Assembly (NCBI GenBank): GCA_965660445.1
Contig: CBFIAK010000001.1
Location: 96,001-160,000 of the forward strand
Direction: 5' to 3'
Origin: Patescibacteria group bacterium
Lineage (GTDB): Bacteria; Patescibacteriota; Gracilibacteria; UBA4473
Length of the DNA: 64,000 nucleotides
In this document: piece by piece, positions 1 to 10,698 of the stretch
Numbering within the stretch: the first letter of the stretch is position 1
Layout: each line of letters starts with the position of its first letter
Program-made: the position numbers and the translations under genes
The notes under the pieces: model-generated
Seen by the model: only the letters and a program-made list of their open reading frames with translations
Told to the model about the DNA's origin: nothing
Databases searched by the model: none

Positions 1-537
1 ATTGCCCTTGCCGCTCAAAATATACTCAGCGACCTTTTTTCTTCTTTTTCGATCTACTTTGATAAACCGTTTCAAATAGGCGATTATATTGTCGTTGGAA
101 CTGATAATGGAATTGTGAAAAAAATAGGACTCAAAACGACACGAATTCAAACACTTCAAGGAGAAGAACTTGTTATTGGGAACAAAGAACTGACAAATGT
201 TCGTGTACAAAATTTTAAAAAACTCAAAGACCGACGTGTAGTCTTTCATTTCGGTGTCACTTATGACACAAAACCAGAAACACTTCGCACAATCCCACAA
301 ATCATCAAAGATATTATCAACTCAAAAGAACTCACAGAATGTGATCGAGTTGTATTCACAAAATTTGCTGATTCAAGTCTTGATTTCGAAGTCGTTTATT
401 ACGTACATTCAAAAGAATATAACGATTATGCACACGTGCAACATGATATCAATATTGATATTAAACAAATATTTGACGAGAAAGGAATTAGTATGGCGTT
501 CCCAACGCGCACTATTCATTTGGAACAAACGACGTAA
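1..537 (+). CDS. Small-conductance mechanosensitive channel (MscS family), 5'-truncated by window
   Basis: Frame open from base 1: IALAAQNILSDLFSSFSIYFDKPFQIGDYI...GIVKKIGLKTTRI...GISMAFPTR, typical MscS motifs. Confidence 0.9.
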   Translation: MALAAQNILSDLFSSFSIYFDKPFQIGDYIVVGTDNGIVKKIGLKTTRIQTLQGEELVIGNKELTNVRVQNFKKLKDRRVVFHFGVTYDTKPETLRTIPQIIKDIINSKELTECDRVVFTKFADSSLDFEVVYYVHSKEYNDYAHVQHDINIDIKQIFDEKGISMAFPTRTIHLEQTT

Positions 538-3496
538 TTCCAAACGATTGCCAAAACAAAATATCTTCATCGTTATTGGGGTCTCTCAATGGGAATTCGA
601 ACCGTTGTAAATGCTCATGAGCGTCTTTAAGCTCCGCAATAACCTGTGCTCGATCTTCATCGGTTACTTGTAATGATCGCTGAGAAAACTTTCCGTTTTT
701 ATCGGGAGTCAGGAAATCTAATTCACAAGAAGATACCGTCCAAGAAAACCCTTTTGCTGATCGGGCAAGTAAGTCATAAAAAACAAGCTGTCTCCAATAT
801 CGACCACCTTGTTGTATAGCTTTTGGCATTCCTGATTTGTAATCGACTATTTTCACTTGTGTACGATTCGAATCTAAAAATAATAATTTATCAACCTTTC
901 CTGTAATACGGATTCCATCAATGGTCGGCACAAAAGGACCAAAATCAAACTCTGTCATCGCATCAGCACTCAATGATTCTTGTCTTTTTTCGAAATACTG
1001 ATCCAATGCAGATAATCCATCTGCTTTCAGTTTCAAAAACAAATCATGTTCTAAATTCTGCCCCCGCAAAGCACGTTCGAATTGTTGTAATAAAACTTCT
1101 TTTGTGGGTTTTATCCCCGACTGATGCCAAAGTCTTATATATCGTTCCAATGCTTGATGAAGAGCTGTTCCATATGCCATAGTGGGCAATGGTCGACGTG
1201 GAAACCGATACAAGTTTTGGTATAAAAACTTTCGAGGACATTCTAAAAAGGTTTGTAAACTGGTTGCAGACCACACAAAGGATTGAACAATCGGCGCTAA
1301 TATATCTTTTTCAGACGGTAAAAGCTGGGGAGTATCGGCATGAGAAGATAAAAAAACTGGAAGTTTTTTTTGCAGTGCTCCTTCTTGTTCTTCTTGTGAG
1401 GTATAAACCACTTTTTCATCTGGTATTTCATCAAGGAATAAAGATGGTGTTTTTTGTTTTCCTGAAAAATCAGTATGGGCATACGATAAAAAGAGTTCCT
1501 TTTTAGCACGTGTAAGAGCTACAAAAAAGAGTCTTCGTTCGTCCTCATTTTCATTCGATTCTGATGCGAAAACATGAGGGATAGGCAATCCCGACCGAGA
1601 TCTCGTATTGCCCCAAACCCCGTCGAGCATACCTGGTAAAAATACGATATCAAACTCGAGTCCTTTTGATTTATGCGCTGTCATAATACGAACAGATCTC
1701 GAATCTAACGGCAACGGATCAGGGGACAAAGAAATCCCAAGCTCCTGATGCAGTTCAATACGGTGTAATAAATCATCAAGTGTTTCACAGCGTTGTTCTC
1801 GAATCCAATCTAAAAATTTACGAATATTTTGCCATGCAGAAATTGTTCGTTCAGAACGAAGAGTTGATAAATAAGAGCCCATACCCGATTCATACAATAA
1901 CTTTTCTGTGAGCACCTCTGGACGACAGTGCCAATACTCTTTTCGGAACGTAATGAGAACATCAATCGTTTCCTGCAAAGAAGGATATTGTTCTCCTTGT
2001 TCTAAAAGGAAAGAAATGAGTGCTGTATCTGGATCTTGTTTTTTTTGTTTATCAAAATCAAGCATCAAACGAATCAAGACTTCTTTTTCTATCGGAAAAA
2101 AAGGAGCATGTAAAATCTGCATTAGCTTATCATTGTGTGTTGGGTTTGAAAAAATCTGAAGCATTCCAATAAGTATTTGTACAAAATCGTGATCAAACAC
2201 GTTTTGAAACACTTGTGCTGCTACGGGAATACCAAAAAGAGGTAAAGCATGAGCTACTTCTTTTACTTCTCTATTATTGCGCACTAAAACAGCGATATCG
2301 TTTGGCTGAACACCTTCTTGTAAAGCGTTTTGGATCCGATCAACAATAAAGCCAAGCTCCATATATCGAGTTTCAAACTCTGATTTTGTTATTTTCCCTG
2401 CATAGTGAACATTTTCACCCGATGATATAAGCGATTTATGGGGATCCACTCGTTGTTCATTATTCTTAATACTTGAGAAGGCAACATCTAAAATACATTG
2501 TGCAGATCGATAGTTTTGAGTGAGTGTAATATTCGACCGTGTGGGAAATCTATTCTGAAATTCAAATATATTCTCAACACTCGCCCCCTGAAACCGAAAT
2601 ATAGCCTGATCGTCGTCCCCTACCGTAAAAATATTCGGCGATTGGTCATAGTCAGTCAGAGACCATAAAATTGAGTTTTGTGCAGTATTCGTGTCTTGAT
2701 ATTCATCCACTAAAATCCATTGGAACCGTTCTTGTAGATCAAGTTTTACGTGTTCATTTGTTTTCAGTGCTGAAACAACCCACATCAATTGGTCATCAAA
2801 ATCAAAAAAACCATGTTGAGCCAATACTGTTTCATACACTTCCCAAAACGCAACCGTCTCATGCATAAGGTTTATTTTTCTATCAATTTCTATTCGTTTT
2901 GTAGGTTTAAAATCACCTTTTTTATAATCTCCCATAGCACGAGAATAAAAATTTGATGGATCTGATTCGAGTCGTTCTTGTTCTTCTGGTATTCGGTTTC
3001 GATAATCTTGAGGCGATATGTTTTCTCGTTTCAAATGAGATATAAGCGAAAGAAAACTATTTTTATAATAAAAATCGTTCCATCGAGTCGAAAGATGCTC
3101 CCATGACCGAGACTGAACTGTTTCTTGGAATGCCAATGCTTTTTGAAGATCATCCGCAACCACTCGATCACCACGAATATCATAAAAATGGTCATAATAT
3201 TGATTCATAACCCATTCACAAAACCCATGAAACGTTGATATTTTAATAGCATACGCTTCTTTTCCAATCCAACGCCGAAGTCGGTCTTTCATTTCTACCG
3301 CTCCGTTTTCGGTAAACGTTAAGCACAATATATTATCAGGATTTGCTCCCACATCACTCGACAACAAATGCGCAATGCGCGTTGTCAATAAATGAGTTTT
3401 TCCTGTTCCAGGACCTGCCAAAACTAATACCGGACCCATAAGTGTCTCGACCGCTTTTCTTTGTTCGGGGTTGAGGGTTTTGAGTAAATCTTTCAC
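512..3496 (-). CDS. UvrD/PcrA-type SF1 helicase fused to C-terminal PD-(D/E)xK nuclease (AdnA/B- or AddA-like)
   Basis: AGPGTGKT Walker A, LVDEYQD, VGDDDQAIFRFQGA, MTAHKSKGLEF, RRLFFVALTRAK; C-terminal GKVDKL..IVDYKSG..QLVFY. Confidence 0.9.
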   Translation of the reverse strand: MKDLLKTLNPEQRKAVETLMGPVLVLAGPGTGKTHLLTTRIAHLLSSDVGANPDNILCLTFTENGAVEMKDRLRRWIGKEAYAIKISTFHGFCEWVMNQYYDHFYDIRGDRVVADDLQKALAFQETVQSRSWEHLSTRWNDFYYKNSFLSLISHLKRENISPQDYRNRIPEEQERLESDPSNFYSRAMGDYKKGDFKPTKRIEIDRKINLMHETVAFWEVYETVLAQHGFFDFDDQLMWVVSALKTNEHVKLDLQERFQWILVDEYQDTNTAQNSILWSLTDYDQSPNIFTVGDDDQAIFRFQGASVENIFEFQNRFPTRSNITLTQNYRSAQCILDVAFSSIKNNEQRVDPHKSLISSGENVHYAGKITKSEFETRYMELGFIVDRIQNALQEGVQPNDIAVLVRNNREVKEVAHALPLFGIPVAAQVFQNVFDHDFVQILIGMLQIFSNPTHNDKLMQILHAPFFPIEKEVLIRLMLDFDKQKKQDPDTALISFLLEQGEQYPSLQETIDVLITFRKEYWHCRPEVLTEKLLYESGMGSYLSTLRSERTISAWQNIRKFLDWIREQRCETLDDLLHRIELHQELGISLSPDPLPLDSRSVRIMTAHKSKGLEFDIVFLPGMLDGVWGNTRSRSGLPIPHVFASESNENEDERRLFFVALTRAKKELFLSYAHTDFSGKQKTPSLFLDEIPDEKVVYTSQEEQEGALQKKLPVFLSSHADTPQLLPSEKDILAPIVQSFVWSATSLQTFLECPRKFLYQNLYRFPRRPLPTMAYGTALHQALERYIRLWHQSGIKPTKEVLLQQFERALRGQNLEHDLFLKLKADGLSALDQYFEKRQESLSADAMTEFDFGPFVPTIDGIRITGKVDKLLFLDSNRTQVKIVDYKSGMPKAIQQGGRYWRQLVFYDLLARSAKGFSWTVSSCELDFLTPDKNGKFSQRSLQVTDEDRAQVIAELKDAHEHLQRFEFPLRDPNNDEDILFWQSFGITSFVPNE

Positions 3497-3543
3497 ACGC
3501 TACAGTATAGTACAATGAAAAAAAAGGTCACCTTATTTTCATC

Positions 3544-4638
3544 TTATACATTAAACCGAAAATGAAGAATATCTCCATCTTGCACTACATAATCACGACC
3601 TTCTGTTCTCATTTTTCCGTTTTCTTTTGCTCCAGCTTCACCATTAAATGCAACAAAATCATGAAATGCGATTGTTTCTGCACGAATAAACCCTTTTTCA
3701 AAATCAGTATGAATTGCTGCGGCTGCTCGAGGAGCAGTATCTCCTTTATAGATAGTCCAACTACGCACTTCTTTTACTCCCGCTGTAAAATAGTTTTGTA
3801 ATTTGAGTATCTCAAACCCTTTTTGTATCAATGATTCAAGTCCTGACTTCTCAGCACCAATATCTTGTAAAAACGCAAGCGAATCATCGGGAGACAACGA
3901 AGCAAGTTCCGCTTCAATTTGGGCACAAATAGGCACAATCGGAATGTCTTGGTATCCGCCAATTTTTTCTCGAAACCGATATTCATCAAACCCAGAAAAA
4001 TCCGATTCCGACACATTCGCCACAATAATAAACGGTTTATTCGTTAATAACTGAAACCGACGAGCAATATGCTCTTCTTTTTCATCACATTCTACGGTTC
4101 GGGCAAGCCCCCCTTCTTGCAACACTGTTTTATATCGTTCCAGTAATGCAACTTCTGCTTTTGCGTCTTTGTCTCCTGACTTCGCTTTTTTACTCGTTCG
4201 TTCTATTTGTCGTTCTACACTTTCAAGATCAGCAAATATAAGCTCTGTAATAATAATTTCTAAATCATTTTTTGGATCTACTTTTCCATACACGTGATGA
4301 ATATCGGTACTTTCAAAATCACGAAGCACATGGCAAATAGCATTACATTCACGAATATGAGACAGAAACTTATTTCCAAGCCCTTCTCCTCGAGAAGCAC
4401 CTTCAACCAATCCGGCAATATCAACAAATTCAACAATTGAACGGACAACTCGTTCGGGCTGAACGATTCGAGTCAATGTATCAATACGCTGATCAGGCAC
4501 TTCAACAATACCTATATTTGGATCAATAGTACAAAACGGAAAATTCTCTGCCGCTGCTTTTTGAGACTTAGTAAGTGCATTAAAAAGCGTTGATTTTCCG
4601 ACATTTGGTAACCCCACAATACCTATTTTTAAGTTCAT
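3544..4638 (-). CDS. ychF: Redox-regulated ATPase YchF
   Basis: GIVGLPNVGKSTLFNALT, NFPFCTIDPN, DIAGLVEGASRGEGLGNKFL, C-terminal TGS domain. Confidence 0.97.
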   Translation of the reverse strand: MNLKIGIVGLPNVGKSTLFNALTKSQKAAAENFPFCTIDPNIGIVEVPDQRIDTLTRIVQPERVVRSIVEFVDIAGLVEGASRGEGLGNKFLSHIRECNAICHVLRDFESTDIHHVYGKVDPKNDLEIIITELIFADLESVERQIERTSKKAKSGDKDAKAEVALLERYKTVLQEGGLARTVECDEKEEHIARRFQLLTNKPFIIVANVSESDFSGFDEYRFREKIGGYQDIPIVPICAQIEAELASLSPDDSLAFLQDIGAEKSGLESLIQKGFEILKLQNYFTAGVKEVRSWTIYKGDTAPRAAAAIHTDFEKGFIRAETIAFHDFVAFNGEAGAKENGKMRTEGRDYVVQDGDILHFRFNV

Positions 4639-4726
4639 AAGAAAAAATTTTTAAATCCTTGCTAGTAAACAAAAAGTTATCAAAAGTGTCAACACGAAAA
4701 AAAACAAAAAAGATTCTTAAAATTTT

Positions 4727-4754
4727 TTGACCTTGAACAACTTTTGTGTATACT
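4727..4754 (+). promoter_or_regulatory. sigma70-type promoter of putative ncRNA
   Basis: TTGACC-16 nt-TATACT just upstream of the structured region. Confidence 0.55.
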
Positions 4755-4761
4755 CAAAAAC

Positions 4762-4916
4762 GATACTGAAATGAGCGTCTTTCTTTCGATCTTTTTCTCC
4801 TAATCACCTTTAAAAGGGATTTCCGAACAGGTATTTCCGTGGAGATACCGTACGAAAACCCACCTGTGGTCACCTCAGGAAAATAGAGGCATAAAGGAAG
4901 GCGTCATTTTGGTAGC
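4762..4916 (+). ncRNA. Putative 6S RNA-like rod-shaped ncRNA
   Basis: 5' TACTGAAATGAGCGTCTTTCTTT pairs with 3' AAAGGAAGGCGTCATTTTGGTA; internal bubble; apical hairpin GGTATTTC-cgtg-GAGATACC; promoter upstream, terminator downstream, no ORF. Confidence 0.6.
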
Positions 4917-4923
4917 ACACATT

Positions 4924-4950
4924 AAAAATCGTTGTAAAACGATTTTTTTT
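4924..4950 (+). terminator. Intrinsic terminator after putative ncRNA
   Basis: AAAAATCGTT-gtaa-AACGATTTTTTTT. Confidence 0.7.
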
Positions 4951-4993
4951 ATGTTACAGTGCTCAAAAACCAGTATTTATATTTTTAGTTTTC

Positions 4994-5338
4994 ATGACGA
5001 CTGACACAGACATTGCACACATTATTCATCAATTAATACACCTTATCGATCAAAAAGATGATAAAATAAGTATGGAAGAAAACACTTTAGCACACAATAT
5101 TACAGCGCTTGAAACTCGGTTTTCAGAAGAACTACAAAACCAACAAATTGCCGATATATACCTAGACCCTAATAAAGAAAAACTCTATCTAGAAACTCAC
5201 TGGAGCCCAGACTTAATTCCTGAAACAATTATCAGTGTGGACATCAACGGAATTATTACGAAAGAGAAAATAACGCCAGATCATGTTATTTTTGATTTAT
5301 ACGCAGCAGAAGAAACCGATGAGACTGATGAAATATAA
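4994..5338 (+). CDS. Hypothetical acidic protein
   Basis: 114-aa ORF filling intergenic space, no recognised motif. Confidence 0.6.
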   Translation: MTTDTDIAHIIHQLIHLIDQKDDKISMEENTLAHNITALETRFSEELQNQQIADIYLDPNKEKLYLETHWSPDLIPETIISVDINGIITKEKITPDHVIFDLYAAEETDETDEI

Positions 5339-5347
5339 AAATTACTC

Positions 5348-5719
5348 TTATCGGTAATACGGAGACACATTTGTAAAATATTCGATTGTTTTTTGAGTGA
5401 TACACACTACATCAATACGAAACTCTTGAGTATCGTATGGACGAGGAGCATACCAAAAAAAGTGGTGAGCCGTACGTTCTATTTTTTTTAGTTTCTGAGG
5501 TGTTACTGATTCTTGTGGTTTTCCAAAAAAAAGAGAGTTTCTTGCTTTTACTTCCACGAGAACATATTCTTTTTCGTTTGGGTCATAAAATATATGATCA
5601 ATTTCTCCAAACCGAGAATGATAGTTACTCGTTACCCATTCAAGTCCTTTTGACTCTAGAAATACGCGAGCATCGGACTCACCTTTTCGACCAAATTGTT
5701 GAGTGTTTCCCATATTCAC
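5348..5719 (-). CDS. YraN family (UPF0102) endonuclease-like protein
   Basis: GRKGE..A..FL, NYHSRFGEID, VEVKAR, RIDV. Confidence 0.9.
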   Translation of the reverse strand: MNMGNTQQFGRKGESDARVFLESKGLEWVTSNYHSRFGEIDHIFYDPNEKEYVLVEVKARNSLFFGKPQESVTPQKLKKIERTAHHFFWYAPRPYDTQEFRIDVVCITQKTIEYFTNVSPYYR

Positions 5720-6295
5720 TCATGAGTATGAAGAAGGGGCGAGAAAAATCAATTCTTCTACTTGTTCAACCATCATTTCAACCGTATCATTCAGCACCAC
5801 ATGACTATAAAACGGAGCCAGCGAAAACTCGTGTTCCATAGAAATAATGCGTTGTTGTAACTCGTCTTTACTCATCGCGCCCCTGTGTTGAATACGTCTC
5901 AACAATTCATCTTTTCCACCAGTAAGACTCAAAAACAAAGAAAGATATGATCCTTGTGGTAACTTTTTTCGAATTTGCTCAAACCCTTGCACATCAAACT
6001 CTTTCACGACTGTTTTTCCTTGTTTTGCTGGCACAAAAATAGAATCTCTATCGGTCCCATAATAATCTCTGTTATGCACAAAAGCATACTCTAAAAAATC
6101 ATTCTTTTTTATTTTTTCTTGAAACTCTTTACGAGATATAAAGTAATACGGGCTTCCATTTGATTCTCCTTCTCGAGGCGGACGAGTCGAATAACTCGGT
6201 GGAAACACCCAGTCACTGTGTTTCGTTTTGAGTTCTTGAATAAGCGTTCCCTTTCCAACTCCTGATGGACCAGAAACAAACACTATTTTGCCCAT
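5720..6295 (-). CDS. gmk: Guanylate kinase
   Basis: SGPSGVGKGT, STRPPREGE, FLEYAFVH..YYGT. Confidence 0.93.
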   Translation of the reverse strand: MGKIVFVSGPSGVGKGTLIQELKTKHSDWVFPPSYSTRPPREGESNGSPYYFISRKEFQEKIKKNDFLEYAFVHNRDYYGTDRDSIFVPAKQGKTVVKEFDVQGFEQIRKKLPQGSYLSLFLSLTGGKDELLRRIQHRGAMSKDELQQRIISMEHEFSLAPFYSHVVLNDTVEMMVEQVEELIFLAPSSYS

Positions 6296-8139
6296 TATGC
6301 ATTACTTGGTTCAAAATACGTTAAGAATTCTTCACGAGTCATGTTTTCTTTTGTGAGCAGGTCTTCTGCAATTTTTTGAAGCATATCTTTTCGTTGTGTC
6401 AAAATATCAATACATCGTGCCTCTGCATGAAGAACGAGTTTTTGAACTTCTTCATCAATAAGACGCGCTGTTGATTCCGAAAACTCTTTTTCATGGACAT
6501 CTACCCCCGCAAACCCTTTTGTTTTTTCAGCAAAAACAACGGGACCTATTTTTTCTGGATCCCCCATTCCATAGGTCATCACCATTGATCGAGCAATATT
6601 TGAAATTCGCTCTAAATCGTTTGAAGCTCCTGTTGTAGCCTGTCCAAAAAAGAGTCGTTCTGCAATACGTCCTCCATGCAGAGACACCATTTCGTCTTTC
6701 ATTTTTGATTCACTCGAAAGATATCGGTCTTCTCGAGGTAAAAACCATGTTAATCCCAAAGCCCCCCCACGAGAAATAATAGAAATTTTATGCACTGGTT
6801 CGCAATTTTCAGTAAAATGTCCCGCAATAGCATGTCCAACTTCATGATAAGCGATTATTTTTCGTTCTTCTTCATTGATACGGCGAGATCGTCTTTCTGG
6901 TCCCATAGAGACTTTTTCAACGGCTTCAAGTAATCGCGATTGAGAAAGAGATGATTCTCGTTGTTTTACTGTTGCAATAGCCGCTTCATTTAAAACATTT
7001 TCGAGATCAGCACCAGAAAACCCAACTGTTTTTGATGCAATTTCTTGAAAATCTATATCAGAAGCAAGTGTTTTATTTTTTGCATGAAGTGATAATATTT
7101 TTTCACGAGCATTCATGTCTGGCATATCAATATGAATACGTCGATCAAATCGCCCCGGACGAAGCAATGCTTTATCCAGAACATCTGGACGGTTCGTAGC
7201 GGCAATAACAATCACCGATGTATCGTTATCGAACCCATCCATTTCTGTAAGAATTTGGTTAAGGGTTTGTTCTCGTTCATCATGACCTCCTCCCATACCT
7301 TGTCCTCTTTGTTTTCCAATAGCATCAATTTCATCAATAAAAATTATTGACGGAGCATTTTTTTGAGCGGTTTTAAACAAATCACGCACACGACTCGCCC
7401 CCACACCAACAAACATTTCTACAAACTCTGAACCTGAAACTGAATAAAAAGGAACATTTGCTTCTCCCGCAATTGCACGAGCGACAAGCGTTTTTCCAGT
7501 TCCAGGAGCCCCTACCAAAAGAACACCTCTTGGGATTTTTGCTCCCATTTTATGATATTTTTTAGGGTTCTTAAGAAAATCAACAACTTCTTCTACTTCT
7601 TCTTTCGCTTCTTCTGCACCTGCAACATCAGCGAATTTTGTTTTCGCTTTTGTATGATCATACATTTTGGCTCGAGATTTCCCAAACCCAAACGGACCGT
7701 TATCGCCCCCCATATTACCCGCTTTTCGAGTCAGGAAAATAAGCAAGAAAACAATAAGAATAATAGGTCCCACCGCCAAAAGCACTTGCCCCCAAATAGC
7801 TCTTTTTGTGGTATCTATAACATTTATTTCAGCGGGATTCGTTTGGTCAGTGAGTCCTAAATCTGCGATAGTTGCTGATGGTTCTTTGACGGTTAAAAAT
7901 ATTTCTCCTGTTTCCGTTTCTGCTTTTAGTTCATTATTTTCAATAGTAATAGACGCAAACTCTTGGTTTTCATATGATCGCATAAATTCAGTAAGAGATA
8001 CTTCTTTTGTTTCTTGTGTTGTAAACAAAGTATCCGTATCACCAAAAACAAAAGTGAGCCCTGTGAGAATAAGAGCAATAAGGAAAACATAAAAAAAAGG
8101 ATTTGGTTTTTGTGGGAAATTTTTCGGTGTTGGTTTCAT
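6295..8139 (-). CDS. ftsH: ATP-dependent zinc metalloprotease FtsH (start placed at MKPTPK)
   Basis: Two TM helices, [28 protein letters not shown]. Confidence 0.97.
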   Translation of the reverse strand: MKPTPKNFPQKPNPFFYVFLIALILTGLTFVFGDTDTLFTTQETKEVSLTEFMRSYENQEFASITIENNELKAETETGEIFLTVKEPSATIADLGLTDQTNPAEINVIDTTKRAIWGQVLLAVGPIILIVFLLIFLTRKAGNMGGDNGPFGFGKSRAKMYDHTKAKTKFADVAGAEEAKEEVEEVVDFLKNPKKYHKMGAKIPRGVLLVGAPGTGKTLVARAIAGEANVPFYSVSGSEFVEMFVGVGASRVRDLFKTAQKNAPSIIFIDEIDAIGKQRGQGMGGGHDEREQTLNQILTEMDGFDNDTSVIVIAATNRPDVLDKALLRPGRFDRRIHIDMPDMNAREKILSLHAKNKTLASDIDFQEIASKTVGFSGADLENVLNEAAIATVKQRESSLSQSRLLEAVEKVSMGPERRSRRINEEERKIIAYHEVGHAIAGHFTENCEPVHKISIISRGGALGLTWFLPREDRYLSSESKMKDEMVSLHGGRIAERLFFGQATTGASNDLERISNIARSMVMTYGMGDPEKIGPVVFAEKTKGFAGVDVHEKEFSESTARLIDEEVQKLVLHAEARCIDILTQRKDMLQKIAEDLLTKENMTREEFLTYFEPSNA

Positions 8140-8215
8140 AAAAAAACAATAAAAAGACGACAGCATACTACCCAAACAAAAGGTTTTGGCAATACTTTCT
8201 CGAAAAAAAAATCTA

Positions 8216-8734
8216 TCAAGAATAGGAAACTGATTGCATCAATTTCTTTCTTTGTTTTTCAGATAAATAATCAATAAACAAGACTCCTTCTATATGATCA
8301 TACTCATGCAAAAAAATACGAGCATTCCAACCATCAAGTTTTGTTTCACACCAATGACCGTCTTCGTTTTGCCAACGTACTTTTATTTTTTTCGGACGAG
8401 ATACTTTCCCAAACATACCCGGAAGAGATAAACATCCTTCTTCTAAAGACACTTTCGCAGGAGACGTTTCCAGAATCTCTGGATTGATAAACGCAACGAC
8501 TTTTTGTTTTTTTGTATCATGAGCATGAAGGAGTACCAAAAAAATTCGTTTAGCAACTCCCACTTGATTTGCAGCAAGACCAACCCCCATAACACCATCA
8601 TCAGTCGGCTGTGTCATAGTTTGGGTCATATCTTCAATCAGCCTTTTTAAATCATCATCAAACTCTGTCACCGGCTCACTTTTTGTTCGCAACGGTTCTT
8701 TTTGTGTTCCTACAAGAATAGGGAGGAGTGTCAT
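8216..8734 (-). CDS. def: Peptide deformylase
   Basis: GVGLAANQVG, EGCLS, HEYDH. Confidence 0.96.
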   Translation of the reverse strand: MTLLPILVGTQKEPLRTKSEPVTEFDDDLKRLIEDMTQTMTQPTDDGVMGVGLAANQVGVAKRIFLVLLHAHDTKKQKVVAFINPEILETSPAKVSLEEGCLSLPGMFGKVSRPKKIKVRWQNEDGHWCETKLDGWNARIFLHEYDHIEGVLFIDYLSEKQRKKLMQSVSYS

Positions 8735-10062
8735 TCTTGGTCTGTATTAAGATTCGTTTGTCGGTCTTCAAATGCTTCTTGTATACGGGTTCGCACCCCT
8801 GCTGGATTTCCTAAAATCCGCAAAGCCTCATCCATAACAGGATCTCTATCATTTTCATAGTCCTGTGATGTTCGTTCAATTTCAATATCAGGCGTAATTC
8901 CTGATTCATGAATAGAGCGTCCTAAAGGAGTAAGCCATTCAGCCATAGTTACTTTTAAACTTGATCCATCAGAAAGAGGAATTAGGTTTTGCACAGTTCC
9001 TTTTCCAAAACTTGTTTCTCCAATAAGCAAGGCTCTCTTATGGTCTTGCACTGCTCCAGCAAGAATTTCCGAAGCCGAAGCCGAACCTTTGTTTATAAGA
9101 ACCACTAATGGAATATCAAGAAATCCACCGCCTCGACGAGCCATAATTTCGGCTGTGTTTCCAAACTGTCCTCCTTCTGTTTTCACAATAACAACATTTT
9201 CAAGAAACTCTGAAATAATTTCAACAGCAGAATCTAAAAGTCCTCCACCATTATTTCGCAAATCAAGGATCATTCCTTTTGGTTCTAGTAAAAGTGCTTC
9301 TGAAAGGAAAGCTCGAAACTCAGAAAGAACAGTGTTTCCAAACTGAGAAATTTCAACCGTCAAAATTTCGTTTTCAAGGTTCCATTCAATAGCTTTAAGA
9401 ATAATATTATCTCGTACAATTGAAATTTTGAGAGGCTCGTCTTCTCCTTCTCGAATAACAGTGAGTTCTACTTTTTCTCCTTTTGGTCCTCGAATAAGAG
9501 TCACTGCCTCACTAATATTCATTCCTTGTGTCGATTTTTCGTCAATTTTAAAAACGACATCGCCTGCACGAAGTCCTGATGTTTCAGCGGGAGACCCTTT
9601 TAAAGGAGTAATAATAACGATACTTCCATCACGAATACCAATTTCAGCTCCAATTCCTTCAAATTCACCCGACATCGCATTTTCAAATTCAACCGATTCG
9701 GTTGGAGTCATAAAAACGGTATAAGGATCTTCTAAAGAATCAATGAGACCTTTTGTTGCCCCATAGATTTGATCTTTTGTATTAAATGCATCGGCTTTTA
9801 AATAATTTGATTCGAGCTGATGCCATGCTTCCCAGAAAATACTCAAATCAACTTCTTTCTCTTTTCTTTGTTTATCAAGGAACGTTTTGAAATTTGATGT
9901 TTTTGAAATAACAACATCTTGTAGTTTTTGGGTTGATTCTGGGTTTTCGTCTGACGAAGGACCTTGAAAGGTATGAAGACTTAAGTTCCAGCCGAGGAGA
10001 AAGCTAATAACAGGGAGCACAAAGATTAATAAAAGTTTTATATTTCGGTTATAATGAACCAT
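8731..10062 (-). CDS. S41 family C-terminal processing peptidase (PDZ + protease)
   Basis: FEGIGA, DLRNNGGG, SASASEI, SFGKGTVQ. Confidence 0.93.
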   Translation of the reverse strand: MVHYNRNIKLLLIFVLPVISFLLGWNLSLHTFQGPSSDENPESTQKLQDVVISKTSNFKTFLDKQRKEKEVDLSIFWEAWHQLESNYLKADAFNTKDQIYGATKGLIDSLEDPYTVFMTPTESVEFENAMSGEFEGIGAEIGIRDGSIVIITPLKGSPAETSGLRAGDVVFKIDEKSTQGMNISEAVTLIRGPKGEKVELTVIREGEDEPLKISIVRDNIILKAIEWNLENEILTVEISQFGNTVLSEFRAFLSEALLLEPKGMILDLRNNGGGLLDSAVEIISEFLENVVIVKTEGGQFGNTAEIMARRGGGFLDIPLVVLINKGSASASEILAGAVQDHKRALLIGETSFGKGTVQNLIPLSDGSSLKVTMAEWLTPLGRSIHESGITPDIEIERTSQDYENDRDPVMDEALRILGNPAGVRTRIQEAFEDRQTNLNTDQE

Positions 10063-10162
10063 GTATGTGTATTTAAAATCTAAATCTCAATAACAAAGAG
10101 ACCTCTGCATAATATAAATACGTCAAATTTTTGCAAATCAAGTCGATCAAAGAAACCGGTAT

Positions 10163-10552
10163 TTACTTTTTCTTTTTTGAGTATTCTCGACGAACAGAAG
10201 ACAACCTTTTTTCGTATTCACTCCAGATACTATAAGTGGTAGCAATCAAAAACCCAATACTTAAAGCAAAAAGAGAATACAACCAAAGTCGCATAGAAAA
10301 AAGCGGAATAAGGGCAAACCGAGAAAGAATCGCAATGATTCCAAGGACACCAAGGGCTATAAATTTACCCGTTCGGCGTTTAAGAGATTTTTTAAAATAT
10401 TTATCATTCGGCCCTAAAAAAAGAGCAATCGAACGAATAAACAGAAGTGCAACAAAAAATGCTAACAAAGGAAACCCAAGCAAAAAGTCTCCTTGGGGGC
10501 TCATATGCGTGTAATAATTCCAATCCAAAAGCTGAGAAAAATCAAAGTACAT
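10163..10552 (-). CDS. Hypothetical membrane protein (3 TM)
   Basis: Hydrophobic segments; start placed at MYFDF. Confidence 0.6.
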   Translation of the reverse strand: MYFDFSQLLDWNYYTHMSPQGDFLLGFPLLAFFVALLFIRSIALFLGPNDKYFKKSLKRRTGKFIALGVLGIIAILSRFALIPLFSMRLWLYSLFALSIGFLIATTYSIWSEYEKRLSSVRREYSKKKK

Positions 10553-10698
10553 TTCAAATAAATAAAAAAACAATCACATTGTGCCATAGAATTTATATTT
10601 TTCAAGTCCTTCTTTGCACAAATATCAAACACTATGCTTCACACAAGACTTCAAGTCAATTCACTGGTAAAAAAGAAGAAAAAAAAGATAATAAAACC

